A stretch of DNA of 64,000 nt from Macrostomum lignano (lineage: Eukaryota), in NCBI GenBank assembly GCA_002269645.1, contig NIVC01001402.1, positions 232,562 to 296,561 of the forward strand, read 5' to 3'. Below the pieces are notes generated by a model. The model ran no database searches and was not told the DNA's origin. It saw only the letters and a program-made list of their open reading frames with translations. Both the position numbers and the translations under genes were made by a program. Shown one piece after another: positions 35,394 to 52,700 of the stretch; position 1 is the stretch's first letter, and the number at the start of each line of letters is the position of its first letter.

Positions 35394-36288
35394 GGCTGCA
35401 GCCAATATTTGCACAGCTGCAGCCAATATTTGCACAGCTGTGCCCGATATTTGCACAGCTACAGCCAATATTTGCACAGCTGCAGCCAATATTTGCACAG
35501 CTGCAGCCAATATTTGCACAGCTGCAACCAATATTTGTACAGCTGCAGCCAATATTTGCACAGCTGCAGCCAATATTTGCACAGCTGCAGCCAATATTTG
35601 CACAGCTGCAACCAATATTTGTACAGCTGCAGCCAATATTTGCACAGCTGCAGCCAATATTTGCACAGCTGCAGCCAATATTTGCACAGCTGCAGCCAAT
35701 ATTTGCACAGCTGCAGCCAATATTTGCACAGCTGCAGCCAATATTTGCACAGCTGCAGCCAATATTTGCACAGCTGCAGCCAATATTTGCACAGCTGCAG
35801 CCAATATTTGCACAGCTGCAGCCAATATTTGTACAGCTGCAGCCAATATTTGCACAGCTGCAGCCAATATTTGCACAGCTGCAGCCAATATTTGCACAGC
35901 TGCAACCAATATTTGTACAGCTGCAGCCAATATTTGCACAGCTGCAGCCAATATTGGTACAGCTGCAGCCAATATTTGCACAGCTGCAGCCAATATTTGC
36001 ACAGCTGCAGCCAATATTTGCACAGCTGCAGCCAATATTTGCACAGCTGCAGCCAATATTTGCACAGCTGCAACCAATATTTGTACAGCTGCAGCCAATA
36101 TTTGCACAGCTGCAGCCAATATTTGCACAGCTGCAGCCAATATTTGCACAGCTGCAGCCAATATTTGCACAGCTGCAGCCAATATTTGCACAGCTGCAGC
36201 CAATATTTGCACAGCTGCAGCCAATATTTGCACAGCTGCAGCCAATATTTGCACAGCTGCAGCCAATATTTGCACAGCTGCAGCCAAG
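35394..36288. repeat. 21-bp minisatellite (GCTGCAGCCAATATTTGCACA, about 42 copies)
   Basis: Directly visible; explains the CSCANIG and AAANICT ORFs. Confidence 0.97.
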
Positions 36289-36724
36289 ATAAGGACTCCA
36301 GCCTTTGCAATAGAAGATAAGGAAACAATCACATGCTTTGCTTATAATTGCGTTTGAACACCAACAATCTACTGAAAATCTACGCTCAGGGAGTCGTCCA
36401 TGCCGGCCGTGTATTTCTTTGCACTCTTGCTTGCACTGAAAACTCCGAGGCACCGCGCAAGCGGCAGCTGAGAGGCAGCTGATAGAGTGGAATTTTATTT
36501 GGGAGAGGCTTAGCTGCTATTTACAGTAGACGCGGGGCGTAGCTCGTAGTGTGATTAGGAATTGGGGTATCAGTTCATTGTACTGGCATTGTGTCCGATT
36601 GTCGGGTACGTAAAGAAAGTGACTGCAATGTAAGGAGAACACAAGTCAGTCACAGAACGCAGATTGACATGATCGACAGCTTTGATTGAAGTTGTTGGTT
36701 TTTGATTGTCAGTCAGGGTTTTCT

Positions 36725-41954
<5,230 letters not shown>

Positions 41955-42461
41955 CCGGCTGAGTGGCTGCAGTCTGGGCTGGAGATTCGAATTTTCTCTC
42001 CGGGTGCGAAGCGCCAAAATGAAAATTCGAGCTTTCGGCTGAGAGGCGCGCGGGCCTCCGTATTTGGGGGATTCTCGGCGGCACCCAACCCAGCCTCCCC
42101 AGCTGCCTCATCAACAGCCGGCCCACCTCAGCCTCCGGAGCAGCCGATCCGTTCTTTCCCGCCGCGCGAGCCAATCGCTGCGTCCTGGCTGGGGAAAAAT
42201 CTCCCAATCGAAGGGGAAGGGAGAGGAGGCGACAGAGGGAAGGTTGAGTTGCCCCCAAGTTATTGGTTAAAGAATACATCGAGGAATGAATGCGAAGCGA
42301 CTGAGAGGAGTCTTCAATATCTGGTCGCCAAATTGCCTCGTCGAATTTTGTAATCCTGAGCATAGGAGGGCTTCCAGCCCTTGGCCCAGCGGACACTAAT
42401 GGCAATATTATTGTGGCCTTCAGGTGTTCCAGCCTTGTTGTCTGAACTGCTGCATCAATTC

Positions 42462-42898
42462 AGACATTCAGACCAATACAGCCAATTCAGATCAATGCAG
42501 CCAATTCAGATCAGTGCAGCCAATTCAGATCAGTGCAGCCAATTCAGATCAATGCAGCCAATTCAGATCAGTGCAGCCAATTCAGATCAATGCAGCCAAT
42601 TCAGATCAATGCAGCCAATTCAGATCAGTGCAGCCAATTCAGATCAATGCAGCCAATTCAGATCAATGCAGCCAATTCAGATCAGTGCAGCCAATTCAGA
42701 TCAATGCAGCCAATTCAGATCAGTGCAGCCAATTCAGATCAATGTAGCCAATTCAGATCAATGCAGCCAATCCAGATCAGTGCAGCCAATTCAGATCAAT
42801 GCAGCCAATTCAGATCAGTGCAGCCAATTCAGATCAATGCAGCCAATTCAGATCAATGCAGCCAATTCAGATCAATGCAGCCAATTCAGATCAGTGCA
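42462..42898. repeat. 19-bp minisatellite (CAGCCAATTCAGATCAATG) about 0.5 kb upstream of Vsx
   Basis: Directly visible. Confidence 0.95.
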
Positions 42899-43444
42899 GT
42901 TGTATGAAAAAATGGCTGCTGCGTTCTGCTTTTGCTCTGGAGGAATTAATTTCCTTATTTAGATTTATTCTCCCAGCAGAAACACAGGCGATAACTTTAT
43001 AACTAGCCGCGCGCAGCAAGTGATGGGGATCATGAGTGAGGCTGGCTTTGATTGACAGCCTCAGCGGCCTGCAATATTTGCTGGAATCGGCAGGTCAATG
43101 ACGAACCGCTGCTGCATTCGGCTTGATTGGCGTCTTTAGCACCGCTGCCCGGCTTTTTAATAACAAACACGGCCCAGGGTCGGCCAGAACAATGGGAGCA
43201 GCTCTTTGATGGGGCCTTGAGAGCCTTGGAGCGCTCGAGAGGGGTTGCAATCAGTGTGCTGAGAAGTTGAGTAGCTGCGTGAGTTTCCTGGAAAGCTGCA
43301 TAGAGCAATTGTGAGATGGAAGCTCGACACGGGGGAACAAATATTTGTATGTACGAGTGCCGGGCTGAAGCCACACCTCCGAAGCCACGCACGTAAGTGC
43401 ACTGGCAACATGTGCCTTATGAATGTTGGTATGAATTTTGAGCA

Positions 43445-44005
43445 CCTGGGTAACTTTCTGAGCACCGAATTGACCTTCTAAAGAGACTTTCTGAGCACTG
43501 AATTGACTTTCTCAAGTGACTTTCTGAGCACTGAGTTATTGACTTTTTCAAGTGACTTTCTGAGCACTGAATTGACTTTTTCAATTGACTTTCTGAGCAC
43601 TGAATTATTGACTTTTTCAAGTGACTTTCTGAGCACTGAATTGACTTTTTTAATTGACTTTCTGAGCACTGAATTGACTTTCTCAAGTGACTTTCTGAGC
43701 ACAGAATTCACTTTTTCAATTGACTTTCTGAGCACTGAATTATTGACTTTTTCAAGTGACTTTCTGAGCACTGAATTATCGAATTTTTCAAGTGACTTTC
43801 TGAGCACTGAATTGACTTTTTCAAGTGACTTTCTGAGCACCGAATTGACCTTCTCAAGTGACTTTCTGAGCACTGAATTGACCTTCTCAAGTGACTTTCT
43901 GAGCACTGAATTGACTTTTTCAAGTGACTTTCTGAGCACTGAATTGACTTTTTCTAGTGACTTTCTGAGCACTGAATTGACTTTTTCAAGTGACTTTCTG
44001 AGCAC
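43445..44005. repeat. 33/36-bp minisatellite (GTGACTTTCTGAGCACTGAATTGACTTTTTCAA)
   Basis: Directly visible. Confidence 0.95.
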
Positions 44006-45654
44006 GGTGCGACCATCTCGACAACAGAACTCGTCTATTTTATTTAGTTTAGTTTATTCGAACACATAGAAGCTGCATCGCAAACAGAAACAAAGACAGC
44101 ATCAGATCGCAAGTCAGTCAGCGCAGCCCCCGCACAGCGGGGGGCTGTCCAGACAGAAAGCTTGATTGACAGGTGAGCTTGCGGGCAGTGCAATTAGCAG
44201 ACCGGCACGGAGGGGCCGCCTGCCGCAGCAACAGAATTCCCATGCACTGCGATTCTCCCAGAGCAGCAGTAAAATTCCTAATTATTATTTGGATTTCGGG
44301 ATAAAAAGTTTTGCGGCTGGGAAGCGGCGGTCGGTTGGGTAACTTGACGGCATCTGAGCCCATAATGGGAATCTACCAGCGCCGCCTTGACAACACGGTG
44401 AGTTGAGAACTCGATTGCCTCAATGATATCTGCCGATCTGATCTGCAATCGGGCTGCTTGAGATGGCAATGATGGATTTTCCACCAGCTCCTCCTCCCAC
44501 TGCAGGGGATCAGGTGTGGCTTTCAATGGGCGGCCTCCACATTAGAGCTCAGTCCCTTTCTCGGAAAATATTCTACTCAGGTGAGGCCCTTTGTCTTCTG
44601 CTGCGAGCTCGCGGGAGATCGATGGGACCTCGGAGGCGGGGACTCGCCAGTTTGGCCGCCCATTCCAGCGGGCCCGGGATGTCAGGCAGCCCGTGATGTC
44701 AGGCAGCCCGTGATGTCAGGCAACTATGCCAATTACCCGGGAATCCCCTCAGGCTCCCCGGACTGAAGTGGGTCGCGTGCCCCCGCCCCAGTCTCTCCTT
44801 GGGGGCCTCCCGAATATTTTTTGAGCAGCAAAGCGGCCGATCGTGCTCCGCCATCAAAGCCGCCGGCCATGGGATCGAATTTCTGGGCTCTCCTCTGCTT
44901 TTTGACGTCTTCTGCTCCCTCGCAGCCTCCCTGCTCAGCCTATTGATTGTGACTTCTGTCAGCCCCGCGAGCTGGGAAGCTGGGAGTTCGCCCCAGCCGA
45001 GACGCGTCACTCGGAGAGAATAGAAAACTTGATATTGCGGGCAAAGTGGCTGCTTCAATTTTCACCTTTCAGGTGTTCGCTTGCAGCCAATTTAGCACGC
45101 TTTTCCGCGGCAGGTGAGAACGGGCCGGTGCCAGCTTCAGCCTCTTTGGCTGCCCAAATCTGAGCGGAGCCTGCGGTCATTAGCGCTTTGCGATTTTCCA
45201 GCCGGAGATGTGCGAAGCGAAGCATTTCATTATCTCATGGACTGGTGCTGCGTTCGCCGTTCCCTGCTCCCCTGTGTTTGCCAATTGGCTCAACTGGCTC
45301 GCCAAAACATGCCGTATTGAGACTGGAGGCTCGGCAAAATTGAAGCTCCGCATTTCATTAGTGGAATTCAAGGCCGGAGAGAACTTTGTATTCTTTATGT
45401 TGCTGTGTTCTCAGATTCTCGTGATTTTAAACTAACTCGTAAGGCCGTCATTCTTGGCCGAATTTGGTTGAAACACATTTGGGTCACCGTCAGAGTCACG
45501 GAAAGATTAAAAGCGAATTTAAAAAATTGAGCTGGAAAACTTGTGATGCAAATGATGACTAAAGGCTTATTTTAAGCCATAACTGGGTTGGTCCTATTTT
45601 CGGGGTGAGTCCATATTTCTAGTGTTCCATACCTCTAGCCTGATTTTTCCCCCG

Positions 45655-45920
45655 CTTCACACAAGCCGAGCATTCCCCGCTTCACACAAGCCGAGCATTC
45701 CCCACTTCACACAAGCCAAGCATTCCCCGCTTCAAACGAGCCGAGCATTCCCCACTTCACACAAGCCAAGCATTCCCCGCTTCACACAAGCCAAGCATTC
45801 CCCGCTTCACACAAGCCAAGCATTCCCCGCTTCACACAAGCCGAGCATTCCCCGCTTCAAACTAGCCGAGCATTCCCCACTTCACACAAGCCAAGCATTC
45901 CCCGCTTCACACAAGCCGAG
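45655..45920. repeat. 25-bp minisatellite (CATTCCCCGCTTCACACAAGCCGAG)
   Basis: Directly visible. Confidence 0.93.
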
Positions 45921-46504
45921 CAGTCCTCCAAATTGGTCTCTGCTTTCTTTTGTTCCTCCTTGGGGCATCGCATGGAAACTGCGGCTGTCGCTCGGCAAAT
46001 GTGATTGCGGCAGCTGAGTGATTTGCCGAAATAGAAAATTCGGCCTGACACCGCTGGCCTGAGAAATCAACAAGAGTGACCGCCTGCAGCCCCCTGCCGG
46101 TAACGGCAGCTCTGAGCCAGCCGGCGTGACTTCTCTCAGCCCTGCCAGAGAGCGAGAGTGGCATTTGGGGGGCTGCCCCGGGCCCCTAATCAGCTAATAG
46201 GCTGCGCCCGAGGGCCCTCCGCGGCTGCAAAATTGGCCGCCCGGCGCTGACAGGTGACGCTAACTGGGGCGGACGGCGAGGCCCGGGCCGCCTGAAGGGA
46301 CAGTTTTATCGCTTAATCCTGTTAGCGGCGATCTGCTGCGAGGCCGGCAGAGTGATGGGGCAAATCTCTGCACCTCCTGCCAGCTTCCTCAGTGTAGACC
46401 CCGGCCGTCATCAGCACCGCTCTGCGGGTAAGCCTTTGCTCAGCCTGTTGGGCTGCCGCTTTGAAACTGGCAAGTGTTTTTTGCTCGATAGAAATCAGCT
46501 CCAT

Positions 46505-46948
46505 TGCACTACTCACTGCAGGTGCTAGCAGTGCATCAAAGGCCGCTCTTGATCTCGCACTACTCACTGCAGGTGCTAGCAGTGCATCAAAGGCCGCTCT
46601 TGATCTCGCACTACTCACTGCAGGTGCTAGCAGTGCATCAAAGGCCGCTCTTGATCTCGCACTACTCACTGCAGGTGCTAGCAGTGCATCAAAGGCCGCT
46701 CTTGACTCGCACTACTCACTGCAGGTGCTAGCAGTGCATCAAAGGCCGCTCTTGATCTCGCACTACTCACTGCAGGTGCTAGCAGTGCATCAAAGGCCGC
46801 TCTTGATCTCGCACTACTCACTGCAGGTGCTAGCAGTGCATCAAAGGCCGCTCTTGATCTCGCACTACTCACTGCAGGTGCTAGCAGTGCATCAAAGGCC
46901 GCTCTTGATCTTGCACTACTCACTGCAGGTGCTAGCAGTGCATCAAAG
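46505..46948. repeat. 51-bp minisatellite (CACTACTCACTGCAGGTGCTAGCAGTGCATCAAAGGCCGCTCTTGATCTCG)
   Basis: Directly visible, about 8.5 copies. Confidence 0.95.
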
Positions 46949-47132
46949 AGCTTACTCAAACAAATCCTCAAAAAATCTTTGTAAGACTGAGCCTCGAACT
47001 CGAATTTTTATATTCTTGCAGATCTCCACTCAAAATCAGTCAGAACAGACCATAGTAAAGACGATTCTCCCTTGGTATTTTTACTCAAATCACTAAGTAA
47101 TTGCTTTGGAAAAACCAAAAATCCTAATATAC

Positions 47133-48806
47133 TGTAAGGAGTTTTTCAGTAATGAGACGAGAGCAAGGCGGTGGTTCAACTGATTAATGAGTTTATAGAA
47201 TAATGTTATTGGAATCTAGGAAAAGATTAGTGAAGAGATTCCAGCTGAGCTGCTGTATATTTATAATGTTGAGATGCTCTTCCGGAAAGTTCTAGAAATA
47301 TATAATGCATTATAACAAAATGGTTGTTAAGAAAATACTGCTAGTTATTTATCGCTAGTTTTACCCACCGACTGGCAAATACTTGTTAATTATTAAATAT
47401 ATTAAAATGCAGTAAATGAGAAATTGCTTCAGACACAGAACTTTCTAGAAAACGTACGAATAGAAATTTCTCGAAGGTCACTACAACAGTCCCCCTGCGG
47501 AAGACGGAGTCCCTATGGAAAAGTACAGTATCTATGGTTTAAAAATATGCGATGAAATGCGGTACTCAGGATAAGTTACTGTCAATTCGAATGGATTCGG
47601 CGATGGAGTCTGATCTGATGGCGATCGATCCACTTGTGTCCTCGACTGGTGCTCCGGTTGGCGGATTGTCGGACGTGGGACCAAACTGGGTGCTGCCGGA
47701 TGCAGACAGACGACACCCTGGATGAGGTGTACCGGAGAAATTGGCGGGTTGTCGCTCTGCGGCCGAAGGTACCAGGCGAAGCGCACGAGATGGATGTCGA
47801 TGCTGATGGTTTCGTGGTGATGATTGCTGGCTGAATGTGGTGATGTCGCTTCGCGGTAGATGTGTCGAATGGAACGGCGGCTGGTCCACTCGTGCGTCTT
47901 CCTGCGTTGCTCCAGAATGGCGGAATGGCGCTGGGGCTGGTGCGACCTACGGAAGTTGCCGAGTTGCAGACAGACGACTCCCTGGACTACGGCGGGGGAC
48001 GACGGCGGGCAGTCGCTCTGCGGCTGGGCAGCACAGAGGGAGCGCATGAGATGGGCCGGAAACTGCGGATGTGATGCGACGGTGTGGCCGGGACGATCAC
48101 CGCGGTTTGTCGGCTGACCTCGTGTTAGGCCTTTGAAATGATGACTCCCCGGTGATGTTGGTCGGAACTGCTTTGGTTGAAGGCTCTTGGAGAAGCTGGA
48201 TCGGTGCAGGAAGCTCGGTCGATAGGCCTTTGTTAGCCCGTGTTGGCGTGGTTTGATTGGTCGTCGAAGGAGTCCTGCGTTGCTGTGGAGTTGCTGCGGA
48301 ATCGGATGATTGCTGAGTGGATTGTGAGGCGTTGTTGACGATGGTACATGCGATGTGCTGACGGTGATGATGACGGGCGAAAGTTCAGGCAGTATTTACA
48401 TGTTGGTTTGTTGTCCTGCCCCTGACGGGGCTTCGGCGCCTCACCGGACCAGTTGTAAGGAGTTTTTCAGTAATGAGACGAGAGCAAGGCGGTGGTTCAA
48501 CTGATTAATGAGTTTATAGAATAATGTTATTGGAATCTAGGAAAAGATTAGTGAAGAGATTCCAGCTGAGCTGCTGTATATTTATAATGTTGAGATGCTC
48601 TTCCGGAAAGTTCTAGAAATATATAATGCATTATAACAAAATGGTTGTTAAGAAAATACTGCTAGTTATTTATCGCTAGTTTTACCCACCGACTGGCAAA
48701 TACTTGTTAATTATTAAATATATTAAAATGCAGTAAATGAGAAATTGCTTCAGACACAGAACTTTCTAGAAAACGTACGAATAGAAATTTCTCGAAGGTC
48801 ACTACA
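47133..48806 (-). mobile_element. Non-autonomous LTR retroelement (1674 bp): 353-bp LTRs at 47133..47485 and 48454..48806, 968-bp internal region
   Basis: Apparently identical TG...CA direct repeats with a 4-bp TSD ATAC on both sides. On the minus strand a TGG-initiated PBS-like tract (TGGTCCGGTGAGG) sits 2 nt inside one LTR and a purine tract (AGGGGGA) precedes the other. No RT or integrase core motifs are seen. Confidence 0.92.
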
Positions 48807-48940
48807 ATACTACTTATTGCACTAGCAAGTAGTGCAAAGCGAACCTAAAGACAGCAAAAGTTTTCGTATTGATAAAAATGAGACAAGCTGTTGGTCATCG
48901 GTGCTTGGCGCTAAAAATTTTCTGAGATCTTGGCCAGCAG

Positions 48941-49213
48941 AGCCAGTCCGAGTCCCAACAGAGCCAGTCCGAGTCCCAACAGAGCCAGTCCGAGTCCCAA
49001 CAGAGCCAGTCCGAGTCCCAACAGAGCCAGTCCGAGTCCCAACAGAGCCAGTCCGAGTCCCAACAGACAGTCCGAGTCCCAACAGAGCCAGTCCGAGTCC
49101 CAACAGACAGTCCGAGTCCCAACAGAGCCAGTCCGAGTCCCAACAGAGCCAGTCCGAGTCCCAACAGAGCCAGTCCGAGTCCCAACAGAGCCAGTCCGAG
49201 TCCCAACAGAGCC
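48941..49213. repeat. 21-bp minisatellite (GAGCCAGTCCGAGTCCCAACA)
   Basis: Directly visible. Confidence 0.95.
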
Positions 49214-49710
49214 AATCTAAATCCCTACAGAGTGCGGTCTGTCTATCGAAGAAAACTAAAATTTTCAATTGCTCACTGCTCCGCAGAATAAATGAAGTTT
49301 TAAAAGTCCGGAACTGTTTGAGAAGCAGATTCTGGTGGCACGATACAATAAATATTGCAATACGAAAACGTGTACTTTTACATCGAGAAACTGAACGTGA
49401 TTATTGCAGCTGGGAAAGCAATTAATGGGTCGCAAAGAAACCCATCACTGACTTGCGCACGGGATGCAGCCCCAGTAACCGAAATTTTTAGAGCGGCAAA
49501 AATTAGCTTTACTTTTCTACAACAAACCACTAAGCTCGTAGCAACGGCTAATAAATAAGAAAAAGTAGTTAATAGTGAAAATTATACTGATGACCTGCTC
49601 GTATGAACAGTTTCACGTCTAGTCGGCAGAGACGTTCAGCCTTTACTACAAGCAGAAACAAGGACTTCTAGACGGATATGGACCCGCAGTCCTTGGTCGT
49701 TGGGAATCGT

Positions 49711-52700
49711 TTACTGCTGCTTTTTGCAGTCTCCCTGTGCAAAACCGCCTCTCTGCCAGCCTTCCAGCAGCTGATTGTTTGGCCGCGGCTGCTCCGCCTG
49801 CTGTTGCTGCGGCTTGTGCGGGTGGCGGCGCAGACTGTGGCGGCCGCTGCGCAGGCAGAGCAGCCCGCCCGCCAGACCAGCCGCATGGCCCGCAAGCCAC
49901 AGCGACTGGCGCGGTGCCGGCAGCGGCGGACAAGCGGCGCCCAGGACTGCTGAGCAGAGCGGCACTGCGGGCGGTGAGGGCGCCTTCAGCAACATTGTAC
50001 CTGCTCTCCGGTCCCTACAATTCCAGCTCGATTCCTAATTGGATTGTTTTCCCAGACTCCCTATCTCTCCCGGCTTCTTCCCGGACTCCCCATCTCTCCC
50101 GGCTTCTTCCCGGACTCCCCATCTCTCCCGGCTTCTTCCCAGACTCCCTCCCCATCTCTCCCGGCTTCTTCCCAGACTCCCTCCCCATCTCCCCCGCCTT
50201 CTTCCCAGACTCCCTCCCCATCTCTCCCGCCTTCTTCCCAGACTCCCTCCCCATCTCTCCCGCCTTCTTCCCAGACTCCCTCCCCATCTCCCCGCCTTCT
50301 TCCCAGACTCCCTCCCCATCTCTCCCGGCTTCTTCCCAGACTCCCTCCCCATCTCTCCCGGCTTCTTCCCAGACTCCCTCCCCATCTCGCCCGCCTTCTT
50401 CCCAGACTCCCTCCCCATCTCTCCCGCCTTCTTCCCAGACTCCCTCCCCATCTCCCCCGCCTTCTTCCCAGACTCCCTCCCCATCTCCCCCGCCTTCTTC
50501 CCAAACTCCCCATCTCTCCCGCCATCATCCGAGACTCCCCCATATTCACCACTCCGAATGCTTTCCCAACTCTGCTCACCAACCTACTTCCCTGACTGTC
50601 CTTTCTCCCCCACCTTCTTCCACGACATTCCAATTCTAGGAACTCCAAGAACTCAACTGTGTTCTGCCCATTTTGAGCTAACAGGAATGCTAGTCGGAAC
50701 GTGCCGACCAGTTAAAATCGATTTGGTGGCTTTGAAGACTCGGTTCAGGCGAGTCAGTCAGGAAATCTCGAAGCGGTGAAATGAGAGAGCAGCGAGGCTG
50801 AGCTGGGATCTGAGTAGGGATTGGATGCTTCATTAGGCCCAGTGGCATGCAAGTTCGATTCACTAGGGCAGCTGCAAATCGAGAAGGCTGTTAGGTCTTG
50901 AGTTCAACTGCTCACCTGCAGCCAGCACAGGGGGTGGCTTTGAACTGAGCTGCCGGTTCATCTTATCTAGCTGGCTTTGAGCTCCGGGCATTGGAGATTG
51001 TGCGGGCGGAAATGAAAATCCTGAGCCGCCTTGCTGGCAGCGCTGGGTTTGGGGATGAGATACTTCAAGGGGCTGAGATACTTCAAGGGGCTGAGAAACA
51101 GACTAAAAGACGGATTGAGGGGCTGAGAGAAATATTTAGGGGCTGAGAGAAATATTTAGGGGCTGAGAGACAGATTGAGGGGCTGAGAGACAGATTGAAG
51201 GGCTGAGAGACAGATTGAGGGGCTGAAAGACAGACAACAGAGTGGGGAGCTGAGAAACAGATTGAGCGGCTGAGAGACAGATTGAAGGGCTGAGAGACAG
51301 ATTGAGGGGCTGAAAGACAGATTGAGGGGCTGAAAGACAGACAACAGAGTGGGGGGCTGAGAAACAGATTGAGAGGCTGAGAGACAGATTGAAGGGCTGA
51401 GAGACAGATTGAGGGGCTGAAAGAGATTGAGGGGCTGAAAGACAGACAACAGAGTGGGGGGCTGAGAAACAGATTGAGGGGCTGAGAGACAGACAACAGA
51501 GTGGGGGGCTGAAAGACAGACAACAGAGTGGGGGGCTGAGATACAGATAACAGATTGAGGGGCTGAGGCGGACAGTGGGGGGCTGAGAGACAGATAACAG
51601 AGTGGGGGGCTGAAAGACAGACAACAGAGTGGGGGGCTGAGAGACAGATAACAGATTGAGGGGCTGAGGCGGACAGTGGGGGGCTGAGAGACAGATAACA
51701 GAGTGGGGGGCTGAGAGACAGACAACAGAGTGGGGGGCTGAGAGACAGATTGAGCGGCTGAGATACAGATAACAGATTGAGGGGCTGAGGCGGACAGTGG
51801 GGGGCTGAGAGACAGATAACAGAGTGGGGGCTGAGAGACAGATAACAGAGTGGGGGCTGAGAGACAGATAACAGAGTGGGGGGCTGAGAGACAGACAACA
51901 GAGTTGGGGTTGAGAGACAGATAACAGATTGAGGGGCTGAGAGACAGATAACAGATTGAGGGGCTGAGGCGGACAGTGAGGGGGCTTAGAGGGGGTTGCG
52001 ACCAGAGGTGAGCAGAAGTTTGAAGAGTGATAAAGACTGGAATTTTCTGCTTGCACATTTGCTTGAGTGTAGCAAGAGCCGGGAGGATCTCCCTGTCCCC
52101 ATGGCTCCAGGAAGGACTCCCCTCGTCCACTCACCCAGCAGCTGCACGGCGGAGTGGGCGGCGGCCGCCGTCAGGGACAGGCGCACCACTTCGCGGTCTT
52201 CGGAGCGCCAGGCCAGCCACAGCACGAAGGCCACGGCTGAGGGGAGGAAGGAAATTGAGCTTCATAGCGAAGGCGGCGCCGCTTGCTTTGGGGCGAGTAA
52301 TTTGGAGTAGAGACAGATGCAGGCGGATGCTGGGTGCATTAGCCGCATCTCGTCCCTGATTGAGCTCTTCATCAAATTAGCGATGGGCGTGGATCTGCAG
52401 CTCTCAGCTTCCCCAGACACGTCAGACTGAGCTGATCGGCCCGTCTCTCCTTGCCATGCAGAGTGGAGGCGGACCTGCCTTTATCCGAAGCCCTGCTTAC
52501 TGCCGCCTGAGCAAGGCGGCCACGCTCAGGGACCAGCGTGAGCAGCACCTGATTTGGAGGCTGCATTAAGGTTGAACAAGCAGAAGTTTTACATCAAGGT
52601 TTACGCATTTCCAGTGCTTTCAAACAGTTTGCCACAATCTACGCTCGTACGCTCGAAGCAACAATGAATTCATCACTCGGTTGGCAGCTCGAAATTGAGA

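Noticed and set aside
32098-36453. Long Cys/Ala-rich ORFs (QSGVCNQVSAIRCL; CSCANIG; AAANICT) as antifreeze or keratin-associated proteins
   Set aside because: These are 14-bp and 21-bp minisatellites lacking stops in multiple frames, with no unique coding flanks or splice support.
47532-48117. ORFs inside the LTR element as gag/pol
   Set aside because: No zinc knuckle, protease, RT (YxDD) or integrase motifs; low-complexity sequence only.
50015-52134. Long P/S/L- or R/G-rich ORFs on both strands
   Set aside because: They coincide with minisatellites inside the TP53I11 intron.
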